DNA of 64,000 nucleotides from Paraspadella gotoi (Eukaryota; Animalia; Chaetognatha), in the NCBI GenBank assembly GCA_051294375.1, contig CM119270.1, positions 12,021,998 to 12,085,997 on the forward strand, in the 5' to 3' direction. Below are positions 42,317 through 57,190 of this stretch, in pieces. The first letter of the stretch is position 1. The number at the start of each line of letters is the position of its first letter. The translations under genes and the position numbers were made by a program. Below the pieces are notes generated by a model. It was given only the letters and a program-made list of their open reading frames with translations, was not told the DNA's origin and made no database searches.

Positions 42317-42560
42317 CAGCTGCAGTCCCTTCGCTTCGGTGATATCAATCGACTCCGACGGAGTTCCCAACCGAATTCAAACGTCATTACCGTCGCTTAA
42401 TTAATTATCTTCTTCTTAATTTAAATGAGAGAGAGAGAGAGATAGAGAGATAGAGAGAGAGTGAGGGAGAGAAAGCGGTGTGAAAGGGTTTTTTCAGTTA
42501 TCGTGAAACGTGACGATGAGTAGAAAATCCAAGTTGGGAAAGAGAGAGAGAGAGAGAAGG
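38058..42560. repeat. Large imperfect inverted duplication (38058-~40150 vs ~40410-42340), redundant with 44100-46680
   Basis: Reverse-complement matches, e.g. gaagcgaagggactgcag at ~38066 vs ctgcagtcccttcgcttc at ~42320, and acacttaccttttgtcaga vs tctgacaaaaggtaagtgt. A third copy lies at 44100-46680. Copies differ by scattered 1-bp indels and start at a 25-N gap. Confidence 0.85.
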
Positions 42561-42571
42561 CCTCGACGAGA

Positions 42572-44000
42572 TGCGGGTTAAGCGCCCGTCCCTTCTAACT
42601 GCCAAGGCACCACTGGCTAGACCGCAGGACATTTGGGTTGGGAGGAGAATGACTTGCCTCCGGCCAAAATGGCCGCTAATGAGCGGTTGGTGGATTTTAG
42701 TCCACCATACATTAATAATTTTTTTTTGTCTCAGGTGCTTTCCTGGTTATACCTTCCTATCGGTTACGTCGTTTGAAAAAGTCGACGTCCGTGGATTCCA
42801 TCACATCTCTTCAACATTTGTCGAAAATATGAATCTCATTTTAGTATTCCATTTATGGTTACAATGAGGATTTGCAAGTCTCGGCAACGTTTTATTATTG
42901 TCATTGTCTGGTAACGAGTGAATCGTGATCTCAAATTTGAATATATAATTAAGATGCTAATTTTTAAAAAAAATATTAAGGATGGTAGATTTTTTTTTAA
43001 GTTTAACCGTTCTATTTCGCGAAAGAACACTCATCGATATCGGAGGGTCATAATTTGATTATTTATTATAAAGGTATTGGTTCATTGCTATTTTGTTCTC
43101 ATTTCATTCGTTTGAAAATAAACAGTGAACTTATTGTACTATTGCTAATAATGTTTTTAGAACATTGATGAAAATGATCTCAGGAGATCGGGATTTTTGT
43201 TTAAAATTAATAAGGTTAATAATAATAATATGAATAGAGCTGACAGTTGGGGAAGTAGAGAACCGTATAGAAAAGTGTTCTTTTGTTATTCTTGATACAG
43301 GTACACACTACTCTCTGTGAGGAGGAGTAAAATTAGCGATAATAATAAAATAACAAAATAGCATTCTAGTCCAACTTATTCCGACGAAAATACTGAAATT
43401 GGTTGAAATTATAATTAGGGATATTATGTACGAGGGTTCCTTGATCCCATTGGGTGGGGCATCTCACTGTTGGCTTTGGGGGCTTTCCGACCGCTCGTGC
43501 CGCCTCCAGTCATCTGGCCGGCGGTACCCTAGACGTCTCACTTGCCAACTGCGGGGGAAGTCGTTAGGATGTGGAGATGGAACACTACACTTGGGATGGT
43601 GGTGTTTCCCCTCTGAGCCAATGGCTTTGGCTGATAGGATGGTGGACGTGAGGCCGGTGTGAACTATACCGCCAGCCAATATGAAAAAAAAATCAGAAAA
43701 TCTTTATGATTTTCTCGAATAACTCTGGATCAATGATCAATGCATTCATGGGAAAACATTAAATTAGAGACAATTAAAGGGAATCATGGATGTTAATAAG
43801 ACTCGCATATAAAAGCGAACAAGGGAATTTTTTTCATATCCGTTCAAATTTTTTATTAAAACTCAGTAGATATTTAAGAGAAATACAATAAACTGCGCGA
43901 TAAAAATGGTCGGTAACTGTCCCTGGAGAAACTTTTGCGTCCACTTAAAAGACAAGAATTGATTTTTTAGGCCAGACAAGAGAATCTCTCTCCTCTCTAT
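42572..44000 (+). repeat. Error-rich second copy of 36605-38032, including a frameshifted copy of the ST7 last exon (42735-42832) and 3' UTR
   Basis: Colinear with 36605-38032 (gcgggttaagcgccc...tcaggtgctttcctggttatacc...ttttaggccagacaagagaatc) with many single-base indels. Confidence 0.88.
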
Positions 44001-45304
44001 CTCTTCTCGTCTTTCTCTCTTCTCTCTCTCTCTCTCTCTCATCTCTCGTCGTCTGCTCTCTCTTCTCTCTCGTCTCTTTCGTCTCTGTTCTACTCTCCTC
44101 TTTTCTCGTCTCTCTCTCTCTCTCTCTATTACCTCCGGATTTTTTTCGACAAGGTCTGTGTAAGGGACGGGCGCTGGTCCGTGAACCGCTCATCCCGAAA
44201 CACGGGGTTTACGAGCATTTTTTAATGAGACGGAAGAGCAACAGAGTATGAGAAGAGAGAGAGAGAGAGAGCAGAGAGGAGAGAGGAGACCTGAGAGATG
44301 GAGGAGAGAAGGAGAAACAAGAGAGAGAAGGAGTGAGAGAGCAAAGGACAAAAGAATTCCTCTTCTGACAAAAGGTAAGTGTCGGGAAGAGGGGACGCCG
44401 CTGTCAAAAACCTCAGCAATTCACAATCTTTAATTTCATACTTCGTGAAATTCGGTCCCACTTTGGAGGTTTAATTGGGCGAAAGAGAGAGGAGGGCGCA
44501 GGACCTTTAAGGGGGGGGGGAAGAATTGAACTCCGCCGGGGCGTTAGTGTGACCCTGGGAACGGGTTTGGAGCTGCGGACGAGAGGATTCTCGAAGGTTG
44601 CGGGTTGAAGATATTGCCCAAGTAAATGTCTGTTTTTTCGCTATATTTTACATTTTCGATTCGTTTAAGTTTCAAGAAGAGAGAAGTCGTTTTTATGGGA
44701 AACGCGGAGAAAAGATGAAGGATGGGGAAGAGGAGACGGGAAGTGAATAAAGGAAACGACGGAGCGAGGAGGAGGAAGAGGAAAAGTAGAAGCCCCCCAA
44801 ATCGAGATAGAAGATTGTGATAGCGGCCATCGCGTCGTCGGGAATCAACTTCAACCATTTCCACGTTTTTCCTCCTTCTCTTCTCCATTTTTACGCCTCG
44901 GCGAAATCACTTACCCTTTTTTCCACCGTCATGTTCTCCGGCCCGGGAAGGCTGTCCTTACCTGACCCACCGCCGCCTTCGCCGCCACTTACCCCTTCGT
45001 GCACTGACGGTCATTTACATCGTCTTTCTCCACTGCATTATCTCTTGGAGCGAAAAGTGTGAAGAGCGTGTGATTCGTAAAAAAAAAAAGTTTGACTGGA
45101 GAGTGGAATGGCAGAATCGTGAAAGGATAAAAGCATGCAGGCCAGAATGTCCGACAGGCGAAAGGCCGAATTCTCGTAGGAAAGACAGGCGACGCCGCAC
45201 GTCGGTCGCAGCGAAGGTCCATTTGAAAGAACAGAAAACGGAACGTAATGGAGCCCGTTTGGTGCCGATTCAAAGGAGCGAGAGAGAGAGAGAGAGAGAC
45301 GAGA

Positions 45305-45373
<69 letters not shown>

Positions 45374-46378
45374 TAAGAGAGAGATAGAGAGAGAGAGAGA
45401 GAAGAGCTAGAGAGAGAGATGACGTGACAACTGATGGACTGCGTAGAGCAGACGAATTGAAAAAAGAATTAGATAAAAAGTCATTTCACGAGTCGAAAAA
45501 ATAGCAAAGTTGACACTGCCGGTCTTGGTTCAGTTCTCATAAAAAAGGTGAAGTTTCCTCTATTCGGGGAGAATCCCGCGACGAGGAAGCAGACCGGAAC
45601 CCGTATCCTAAGAGGGTGCGGAAAGGGAGGCGCTGTCTGCCGGTGTCCAAGATCGACAGAGAGAAATATTGAGTGAATCTGGAGGAAATAAGAGCGTGGC
45701 ATGCCAGTGGAATATTCTGAACATAACATAGACCGGAATTCTCGATATGCGGGCAAATATGGGAACAAGGGGAGAGCAAACAAAGACTCAAGGAAAAAAA
45801 AATATTTTATGAGAATAATAAATCGAGCCGTGGAAGTAAGTAAGTCAAGCTGAGACTGAGTTGAGCCAGGTTTTAGATCTGATTGATTCGCTGATTTTAT
45901 TTTTGATTTTTTTATCAATTGATGAATTTCTTGAAAAATGATTCGTAACTACGAAAATCATTTCTGAGGATATGGCGTTCAAAACGAAACATCATAACGA
46001 AATATTACGAGCGTTCACTCTGTTAATAAACTTAATCATCGACAGAATATGAAACTATAATCTGCTTGATAACATGAAGCGCAGAAAAAAATTGATTTAC
46101 TAATATCTAATGTTTCTTTTTTACTTTGAATTTATAACAGTTTACTAAAAAAGCGATTGGCAATCAGATTCCTCATTTATTAAAACATATAGTTTGACTC
46201 AATGGATATTATACCATTAAATGAAATTAAAGATTCTACAATACATATATCATACATATCTTTTGATCAAGTACATCAATCAATACTGCGCGACGTAATA
46301 TTAGTACCGCTTGCCACATAAGACGACCATGATGGTAGAAAGACGAGTGAGAAGAGAGAGAGAGAGAGAGAGGAAGAC

Positions 46379-46424
<46 letters not shown>

Positions 46425-46779
46425 CAGGCTGCAGTCCCTTCGCTCGGTGATATCAATCGATCCCGACGGAGTTCCCAAACCGCAATTCAAACGTCATTAG
46501 TCGCTTAATTAAATTATCTTCTTCTTAATTTAAATGAGAGAGAGAGAGAGATAGAAGAATAGAGAGACAGAGTGAGGGAGAGAAAAAGCGGTGTGAAAGG
46601 TTTTTTCAGTTTACTCGTGAAACGTGACGATGAGTAGAAATCCAAGTTGGTGAAAGAGAGACGAGAGAGAGACTTCATTAGCGATAGAATGCATTAGACC
46701 GAGGGTGAAATGATGATCGGGAAGAATAAAGAGGTTTGAATAATATCGCTAAGGAAAAAGAGGGTGAGGAGGGGGAGAG

Positions 46780-46815
<36 letters not shown>

Positions 46816-46857
46816 GAGAGAGAGAGAAGAGANNNNNNNNNNNNNNNNNNNNNNNNN

Positions 46858-46889
<32 letters not shown>

Positions 46890-47915
46890 TGGGGATCCGG
46901 GTGGCGTCTCTTCTCAGATTAATTAAAATCCGATGAAAAAAAATTTGGAAAGAAAAAGAATTCCTTTGTAATTTTTTTAGTTATTTTTTGTCGATTGAGT
47001 TCGTCGATAATGTATTTTTTCACGGACGTTTATTTTTAATTTGTTTTTTTAATTACTAGAAAACTTAGTAATTAACATCAAGTGAATTTTAAAATCCGCC
47101 GTTTGATAGTTATATCGGGCGACGGGAAGGATGATGACGACGATGATAACGATGTTGTCGATGATGATGATGATGAAGATTAAAACGTAATTGAAAATGA
47201 TAATGAACCAATGTTTTTAGAATACTTAGTTGACCAAAGCTTTTACAGTTTTCTAATGGGCCGTAAGAAAAAGCAAAAAGCTATAAAATTATCATCATAG
47301 TCCTTAAAAAATTTTATCTGGAAAATGAATTAATACTATTAAGCCGACCAAATTCAAATTTTAATGGGAACAGCATTAAACAAATCCATTATCGGTATTC
47401 ATTATAGTGTAAAAATATTTTTTGGAAAAAATGTTCCAAACCAGGAGTAATTTGATATTTCAAATTTGAAATTAATTATTTATTAATTATTATACTGCTA
47501 TTTTAAGTTTTTTTAATTGATTCTGAGAGAGATCAAAAAGTTTCATATAACAATACTGTCTGGCAGTCTGCTTTCTTCAAAGTCAGACGAGGTAATTTGC
47601 GATCGCCCATCGTTTCGACGGCGAGTCGATCACTCGGGTTCCATATGTTTGTCCACGCTCATGGCCACCGGTTCCAACTTGTCTCCTTTTGTTCTCGGCT
47701 CCTTACCCTCCGCCACTTTCCGCATCCCCGTTCCTCAACCTCCTTCTTATTTCTAATCCCTCGAATCAAGATTCTGGCTTCAAACGCCGATTTCTGCCGG
47801 ATTCCGGCCAACGGACTCGGGACGCGCGACCTGCAAACGGCGAAAGAAGCCGCAACATGTTCTTTTCTTTTCTATATAGTTGAAGTATAATGGGGCCATG
47901 CCACTGGTTTGTGAG

Positions 47916-47989
<74 letters not shown>

Positions 47990-50900
47990 TCGTGGCAAGA
48001 AGGCTGCCGATGAAACCATCAAACTGTAGAGATGAGTTGAGAATGAAGTGGGCAAATGTTTCACGACCACTTGACGTCAATTTGACGTCTGCCACTTGTT
48101 TTGTACAATTGTTATAAATGTGAAGATAATTTGGGAAGATATCGGGACAGACGACCAAAACTATGGATAATATAACTCGACCGTAAAGCATTTTGTGGCT
48201 TGATCGCTATTTGACGGAAAAATAAAAAATCATTCTATAGTTTAGATAAAATATCCTATCTCATCATAATTTATTTTTAAAAATAAATCTTATTTAGTTA
48301 ACTAAATAAATTTTTTCGTGTTTTTGTCATATTTTATTTTGCATTTAGCTCTTATCTTCGACATATTAACGAAAGTACATAAAATTTTTGGAAATTCTAC
48401 GGGGATTTTGTTATTTTTTTAGGAAATCTTTATTTTACATAGAAGAAGAGCTTCAGATAGCTCTCTTATTTTATGGGACTCTCTACTTTCAAACGATATG
48501 AAGATACGGAAATTTTAAAAACAATTATAGGAAGATACATCGCTAACGAGTTATGTATCCTTAGAGAGAAAATGAGAGAAAGAAAAGATAGGAGAGCGTT
48601 TGAGAGATAGAGATAGAGAGAAAGCCTGAGAGATTTTATGACTCCGGTTTGTGTATCGTTTGACGTGAAACGGAGATAAACAAAAGGAGGGACGATTTGC
48701 CTCCCTCCCTTCGGAACACCACCCTCCCCCCACCTCTTCCCAATTTCTATCCAAAATCTCGCGACAGTTACTCCCCTTCAAGACCCGCACTTCTCGACCC
48801 CATGTCTTATAATTATAGTTACTGTTCACCCTTTTTTTAACTCTCTACGTATCAATTATCAGTCATTGTCAAATAAAAACGTTTAACGCATCGTTTCCAG
48901 TCATTTAAACTTGTCTGTCAACGACATTAGCGAAGTCGGCTGGTTCGCCGCGGCATCCAAAGCTGCAGTATCTACTTTCACTTTCGCGCTTTCCCTTTTT
49001 CTCGGTGTCTCGATCTACCAAAACTCCCTAAACTTAAGTAAATGTCTCATGCTAAACAAAGCAGAGATTAAACATACATCAAGTCGTATTTTAACTTCAA
49101 GTAAACCTAAACCTTCCAAAGTCTACATGCTAAACATAATCTGCACATGAACTCAACTTAAAATAATCTAAATCTTAACTAAAACTTAAGTAAACTCTGT
49201 AAAACCAAGACACCGGTGTTTTTGTTGTGATTGTTTTCGAAGCAGTTGTCGGTGCATCAGCTTCCAGGCGGCGAAAAAAAACGTTTTCCCTTTTCCGCCT
49301 TTTGACTGATACAGGCCCACCTTATAGCCAACGGGTCGAGGCCTAGCCCGCCCCGCAACGGCCCCCTGGCCGGCTTGGTTAGACGGTCGGATTCTCTGAG
49401 GACGGGCTCGGGTTCGTGGACACCTAATTATGTATATATAAAATATTTTTGCACATTCTTAAAAAGCTATTATACGTTTAATATTATTTGTCTTTTTTTT
49501 TTTTTGGTCATACATTTCACTTCTCTTCCGGTCACTGGAGGTAATTGTGAATTTTATCTTTTTGTCTTACTCATCTTAGGTTTCTTTTGTGAAAATTGTC
49601 TTTCCCTCCCCGCCTTTACGTAAACCTTAGTAGTTTCCGCCTTTTCAGAACCCTGACAACACACAACGACAACAATTCTAGGATTCTTAAACGACCTCAA
49701 CCCCCACTACTCCGTCTTATCTCGATCTGCTAAAAAAAAAATCCTTCTCCGCTTTTCGATTTTTATTGACTCCAGTCCTCTCCTTGTATCTTCTCGTCTC
49801 ATCTCCTCTTCCTCTCATTCTCTCTCTCTCTCTCTCGTCTCGTTCTCTCAATCACTCTCTTTTTCGTTTTCTTTCTTTCTCTCATTCTTGTCTTTCTTCG
49901 AACGTCGTAATCTCAGAATCCACGGAGTTCGGCGGATGTCAACTGGTCTCGTTGTACAACGCCGCCGACGTTGCGGACGTCCTCGGGGTCGTCGTGGGTG
50001 TTGCTTGTTTGTTGTTGTTGTTGTGCCAGCTTGGTCTACTAGACGGTGATCCGAAACGGACAACCAAGATTATAACATAACGACGACGACGACGACAACA
50101 GCGACTAAAACTCTTCCCCCACGAATCTTTGACTGAAATCGTTTCGCTTCAATTTATCTTTTTTAAAACGCGAATCGCCGACTAATTTTTCTTCCCTTAA
50201 TTCATGTTTCGCTTTTCCGAGGAAATTTACGTCAATCGACGCCTCGCTCCGCGAACGACATCTACGCCAATCTGCGTGACATCTACGCCAATCAGCGTGA
50301 CATTCACAGCAATAACGCGCCCTATCCTGGCGTCTCCTTCTAGTGTCTCCGACCACGCGGCGATTCGGAACGTAAGCGTCGGCGGGATCGAGACCGGTGG
50401 TTGGTTGTTTTTTTGTTTTTTTTTGTACGCGGTGGTTTTGATGGGAGGCTGGGGTGGACAGGCCCCGGAACGAGCATACGAAGGATCGTAGATATTTCGG
50501 GACACGACGAAGAACTTTTGTAATGGAACGAGTACGGAGGTAGCGAGTCCCACACACCAAGAATGTTTGGATAAAAGCGAGGTAGTGGTTATGGAATGTG
50601 GATTGAATGGATTCATCTCGGACGAACGATGAAGATCACAGTCTGAAGCAACAACGGTTTATGTTTGAATTATGTTCCTGATTCTATTCGTACTTGTAAC
50701 TCTTGACTTTTTAATCGTCGACTTTTCAAATCATTGATCGACATCGAAATGACTTAAAACCGAAGATGACGTCCGTCGTCTTGTGACGTACGCGCATTAA
50801 AACCTTACACTTCCGTCATTTTTAAAACCTTCTCTCTCTCTCTCNNNNNNNNNNNNNNNNNNNNNNNNNNNNNNNNNNNNNNNNNNNNNNNNNNNNNNNN

Positions 50901-51502
50901 NNNNNNNNNNNNNNNNNNNNNNNNNNNNNNNNNNNNNNNNNNNNNNNNNNNNNNNNNNNNNNNNNNNNNNNNNNNNNNNNNNNNNNNNNNNNNNNNNNNN
51001 NNNNNNNNNNNNNNNNNNNNNNNNNNNNNNNNNNNNNNNNNNNNNNNNNNNNNNNNNNNNGAGAGAGAGAGAGAGAGTCCATTATCTTCTTACCAAAAAA
51101 GTTAGAAAAGTTAACTGCCAAAAGGGAGACTCGATTGTCGGAGACGTGAGTTTCGAGGCTTTTCGAGAAAACAATATTTCAAAACTTTCCCGCGGCCACT
51201 TGTCGTTGTTGTTGCTGCTAAAGATTTAGTTTTTGTAGCAAAATTAGAGTAAATCAAATGAAAAAAAAGAAAGAAAGAAAGAAAGAAAGAAAGAANNNNN
51301 NNNNNNNNNNNNNNNNNNNNNNNNNNNNNNNNNNNNNNNNNNNNNNNNNNNNNNNNNNNNNNNNNNNNNNNNNNNNNNNNNNNNNNNNNNNNNNNNNNNN
51401 NNNNNNNNNNNNNNNNNNNNNNNNNNNNNNNNNNNNNNNNNNNNNNNNNNNNNNNNNNNNNNNNNNNNNNNNNNNNNNNNNNNNNNNNNNNNNNNNNNNN
51501 NN

Positions 51503-51534
<32 letters not shown>

Positions 51535-51745
51535 AGGAAACAGAAAAGAAAAAAATGTAATCAACCAACTAACGAACAAACAAACAAACAAACGAAAACA
51601 AAAATAACCCAGTCGAAGAGGAAAAAAAGGCCCGAATGAACTCCGACGGAAGACAGCGCCCAATGCTTCTCTACGGGAGAAGGAAGAGAGGAAAGAAGGA
51701 TGAGGAACTCGGCGATCTTATCCGTTCTCCGACGTTGCCGACGTC

Positions 51746-51777
<32 letters not shown>

Positions 51778-53079
51778 CGGCCAAACGACGAATACGATGA
51801 CAACGACGTCGACGGAGTGATTAACTTCAGAGGAAGATCACTGGAACATCGTCAAACGCATTCGGGAATTTCCCAACGCAACACCTCCAGCTTTTTCCCA
51901 TTTTCTGTATAAAAAAAAAACATTCCTCTTTTTTTTGTAGCGATCTAAAGCAAAAACTAAACCTAACTACCAAAAAAATTACGAAAAGAGAGAGAGAGAG
52001 AGACTTTGGGGATCCGGGTGGCGTCCTCTTCTGCAGATTAATTAAAATCCGATGAAAAAAAATTGGAAAGAAAAAAGAATTCTTTGTAATTTTTTAGTTT
52101 TAATTTTTTTGTCGATTGAGTTCGTCGATAATGTATTTTTTCACGGACGTTTATTTTAATTTGTTTTTTTAATTACTAGAAAACTTAGTACATTACATCA
52201 AGTGAATTTTAAAATCCGCCGTTTGATAGTTATATCGGGCGAGCGGGAAGGATATGACGACGATGATAAATGATTGTTGTGATGATGATGATAGATGAAG
52301 ATGAAAACGAATTGAAAATGATAATGAACCAATGTTTTTTAGAATACTTAGTTGACGCAAAGCTTTTACAGTTTTCTAATGGGCCGTAAGAAAAAGCGAA
52401 AAGCTATAAAATTTACAATCATAGTCCTTAAATTTTCTGGCAAATGAAATTAATACTTATTAAGCCGACCAAATCAAATTTTACATGGGACAGCATTACA
52501 AATCCATTATCGGTATTCATTATAGTGTAAAAAATATTTTTTGGAAAAAATGTTCCAAACGCAAGGATAATTTGATTATTTCAAATTTGAAATTAAATTA
52601 ATTTTTAATTATTAATACTGCTATTTTAAGTTTTTTTTAATGATTCTGAGAGAGATCAAAAAGTTTCATATAACAATACTGTCTGGCAGTCTGCTTTCTT
52701 CAAAGTCCAGACCGAGGTAATTTGCGATCCGCCCATCGTTTTCGACGGCGAGTGATCACTCGGTTCCAATAATGGTTTGTCCACGCTCATGGCCACCGGT
52801 TGCCAACTTGTCTCCTTTTGTTCTCGCTCCTACCCCTCGCCACTTTTCCGCATCCCGTTCTCTACCTCCTTCTTATTTCTAATCCTCGAATCAAAGATTC
52901 TGGCTTCAAAACGCCGATTTCTTGCCGGATTCCGTGCCAACGATCGGGACGCGCGACCCTGCAAACGGCGAAAGAAGCCGCAACCATGTTCTTTTCCTTT
53001 TCTATATAGTTGAAGTATACATGGGGCCATCCACTGGTTTGTGAGCAAAGAGAGAGAGAGGAGAAAGAAGAGAGAGAGA

Positions 53080-53116
<37 letters not shown>

Positions 53117-56116
53117 AGAAGAGAGAGAGAGGAGAGAAGAGAGAGAGAGAGAGAGAGCCTCGTGGCAAGAAGGCTTGCCGATGAACTCATCAAACTGTTA
53201 GATGATGATTGAGAAATGAAGTGGGCAAATGTTTCACGACGCACTTGACGTCAAATTGACGTCTGCCACTTGTTTTGTACAATTGTTTATTAAAATGTGA
53301 AGATATTTGGGAAGATATCGGGACAGAGCGACCAAAACTTGGATAATATAACTCGACCGTAAAGCCATTTTGTGGATTGATCGTCTATTGTGACGGAAAA
53401 TAAAAAATCATTCTATAGTTTAGATTAAAATATCCTATTCTCGATCATATATGTTATTTTTTAAAAATAAATCTTCATTTAGTTACTAAATAAATTTTTT
53501 TCGTGTTTTTGTCATATTTTATTTTGGCATTTAGCTGCTATCTCGAGACATATTAACGAAAGTAACGTAGAAATTTTTGGAAAATTCTACGGGGATTTTT
53601 GTTATTTTTTTAGGAATCTTTTTTTACATAGGAAGAAGAGCTTCAGATAGCCTCTTATTTTATGGGAACTCTCTAGCTTTCAAACGATATGAAGATACGG
53701 AAATTTTAAAAAACAATTTATAAGGAAGATACATCGCTAACGGTTATGTTATCTTAGAGAGAAAATGAGAAGATAAGAAAAGAATAGGAGAGGGGTTTGA
53801 GAGATAGAGATAGAGAGAAAGCCTGAGAGAATTTTAATGACTCCGGTTTGTGTATCGTTGACGGAACGGAGATAAACAAAAGGAGGTACGATTTGCCTCC
53901 CTCCCTTCGGAACACCACCCTCCCCCAACTCTTCGCGATTTTCTATCCAAAATATCGCGACAGTTACCTCCCCTTCAAGACGACGCACTTCTGCGACCCC
54001 ATGTCTTATAATTTATAGTTACTGTTCACCCCTTTTTTTAAACTCTCTACGTATCAAATTATTCAGTCATTGTCCAAATAAAAACGTTTAAAGCGCATCG
54101 TTTCCAGTCATTTAAACTTGTCTGTCCAGCGACATTAGCGAAGTCGCTGGTTCGCCGCGGCATCCAAAGCTTGAGTATCTACTTTCACTTTCGCGCTTTC
54201 CTTTTTCTCGGTGTCTCGGATCTACCAAAACTCCCTAAAGCTTAAGTAAATTGTATCATGCTAAACAAAGCAGAGATTAAACATACATCAGTCGTATTTT
54301 AACTTCAGTAAAAACCTAAACGCTTCCAAAGGTCTACATGCTAAACAATATCTGCCACATGAAACTCAAACTTAAAATAATCTAAATCTTAACTAAAAAC
54401 TTAAGTAAACTCTGTAAAACCAAGACACGCGGTGTTTTTGTTGGTGATTGTTTTCGAAGCAGTTGTCGTGCATCAGCTTCCTAGGCGGCCGAAAAAACGT
54501 TTTCCCTTTTCCGCTTTTGACTGATACAGGCCCCACCTTTATAGCCAACGGGTCGAGCCTAAGCCCGCCGCAACGGCCCCCTGCCGCTTGGTAGAAGGTC
54601 CGGAATTCTCTGAGGACGGGCTCGGTTCGTGACACCTAAATTATGTATATATAAAATATTTTTTTGCACATTCTTAAAAAGCTATTATACGTTTAATATT
54701 ATTTGTCTTTTTCATTTTTTGGTCTAACATTTTCACTTCTCTTCCGGTCACTGGAGGTAATTGTGAATTTTTATCTTTTGTCTTACCTCATCTTAGTTTC
54801 TTTTGTAAAATTGTCTTTCCCTCCCGTCCTTTACGTAAACCTTAGTAGTTTCCGCCCTTTTTCAGAACCCTGAACAACAACAACGACAACAATCAGGATT
54901 CTTAAACGCCTCAACCCCCCAGCTAACTCCCGTATTCTCGATCTTGGCTAAAAAAAATCCGCTTCCGTCGGCTTTTACGATGCTTTTATGACCTCAGTCT
55001 CTCTCTCTGCCTCTCTCTCTCTCTCTCTCCTCTCTCTCTCCGTCTCTCCTCTTCTGTTCTCTCTGCTCCTCTCTCTCTCTCTCACTCTCTTTTTCGTTTT
55101 CTTTCTTTCTCATCATTCTGTGTTCGTTTCTTCGAACAGTCGTAATCTCAGAATCGCACGAGTTCGGGATGTCAACTGAGTCTCGTTGTACACGCGCCGA
55201 CGTTGCGGACGCTCCTCGGGTCGTCGTGGTGTTGCTTGTTTGTTTGTTGTTGTTGTGCCAGCTTGGTCCTACTAGACGGTGATCCGAAAACGGAAACACC
55301 AAAGATTATAACATAACGACGACGAAAGCGACGACAAAGCGACTAAAACTCTTCCCCACGCAAATTCTTTGACTGAAAATCGTTTCGCTTCAATTTATCT
55401 TTTTAAACGCGAATCGCCGAGCGAAAATTTTTTCTTCCTTTAATTCATGTTTCCGCTTTTCCGAGGAAATTTACGTCAATCGACGACTCGCTCCGCGAAC
55501 GAACATTTTCTACGCATCTGCGTGACATCTAGCGCCAATCAGCTGTGATCATTCACGAGCAATAGACGCGCCCTATAACTGGCGATCTCCTTCTAGTGTC
55601 TCCGACCACGCGGCGATTCGGAACGTAACGCGTCGGCGGGATCGAGACCGGTGGTTGGTTGTTTTTTTGTTTTTTTTGTGTACGCGGTGGTTTTGATGGG
55701 AGGTGCTGGGGTGGACAGCCCCGGAACGAGCATACGAAGGATCGTAAGGATATTTCGGGCACACGACGAAGAAATTTTGTAATGGAACGAGTACGGAGGT
55801 AGCGAGTTCGCGCACACACCAAGAATGTTTGATAAAGCGAGGTGTGGTTATGGAAATGTGGATGAATTGGATTCATCTCGGACGAACGATGAAGATCACA
55901 GTCTGAAGCAACAAACGGTTTATGTTTGAATTATGTTCCTGATTTCTATTCGTACTTGTAACTCTTGAACTTTTTAATCGTTCGACTTTTCAATCATTGA
56001 TATCGACATCGAAATGACTTAAAACGAAATAAGTGACGTCCCGTCGTCCTGTGACGTACGCGCATTAAAAACCTTACACTTCCCGTCATTTTTAAAAAAA
56101 CCTTCTCTCTCTCTCT

Positions 56117-56162
<46 letters not shown>

Positions 56163-56290
56163 TCTCTCTCCTCTCTCTCACTCTCTCTTCTCTTCTCTCT
56201 CTCTCTCTCTCAAAGACAATAGTCTTGAAACGAGATTTAATAAACCTCTTGCTTTTTTTTTTTTTTTGAGAGAGAGAGAGAGAGGAGAGC

Positions 56291-56338
<48 letters not shown>

Positions 56339-56589
56339 GAGAGAGGAGAGAGAAGTGAGAGTTGAGATAGAGAGAGAGAGAGAGAGTCCATTTCTTCTAC
56401 CAAAAAGTTAGAAAAAGTTAACTGCAAAAAAGGGAGACTCGATTGTCGAAGACGTGAGTTTCGAAGGCTTTTCGAGAAAACAATATTTCAAAACTTCGCC
56501 GCGGCCACTTGTCGTTGTGTTTGCTGCTAAAGATTTAGTTTTGTAAGCAAATTAGAAGAAAATGCAAATGAAAAAAAAGAAAGAAAGAA

Positions 56590-56621
<32 letters not shown>

Positions 56622-57190
56622 AAAGAAAGAAAAGAAAGAAAGAAAGAAAAAATATTAAAGTAAAAAAATTAAATAGAGAAAGAGAAGAAAAGGAAAGAAA
56701 AGAAAAGAAAAGAAAGAAAGAAAGAAAGAAAAGAAAGAAAGAAAAGAAAGAAAGAGAAAGAAGGAAACAGTAAGAAAAAATGTAATCAACCAACTAACGA
56801 ACAAACAAAACAAACAAACGAAAACAAAAATAACGCCAAGTCGAAGAGGAAAAAAGAGGCCGCGAATGAACTCCGACGGAAGACAGCGCCAATGCTTCTC
56901 TACGGGAGAAGGAAGAGAGGAAAGAAGGATGAGGAGCTCGGCCGATCTATCGCGTTCTCCGACTTTGGCGAACGTCGACGACAACGACTGACGACGACGA
57001 CGACGACCGACGGCCAAACGACGAATACGATGACAACGACGTCGACGAGTGATTAAACTTCAAGAGGAGATCACTGGAACATCGTCAAACGCAGTTCGGA
57101 ATTTCCCAACGCAACACCTCCAGCTTTTTCCCATTTTCTGTATAAAAAAAAACATTCCTCTTTTTTTTGTAGCGATCTAAAGCAAAAACT
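46858..57190. repeat. Tandem ~5.1 kb duplication (46858-~51960 and ~51987-57190); second copy indel-rich
   Basis: Both copies begin gagagactttgggg(g)atccgggtggcgtc and end gcgatctaaagcaaaaact. The block starts at a 25-N gap and another lies at 57505-57529. The second copy fills the N-gaps of the first with microsatellite. Confidence 0.9.

Noticed and set aside
42735-42832. Second ST7 terminal exon as a pseudogene or alternative last exon
   Set aside because: It lies within an indel-rich duplicate typical of an uncorrected read; most likely not real.
49848-50616. Short minus-strand ORFs and a 21-bp tandem repeat at ~50277-50322
   Set aside because: No recognisable domain or consistent splice structure, so not called as a gene.
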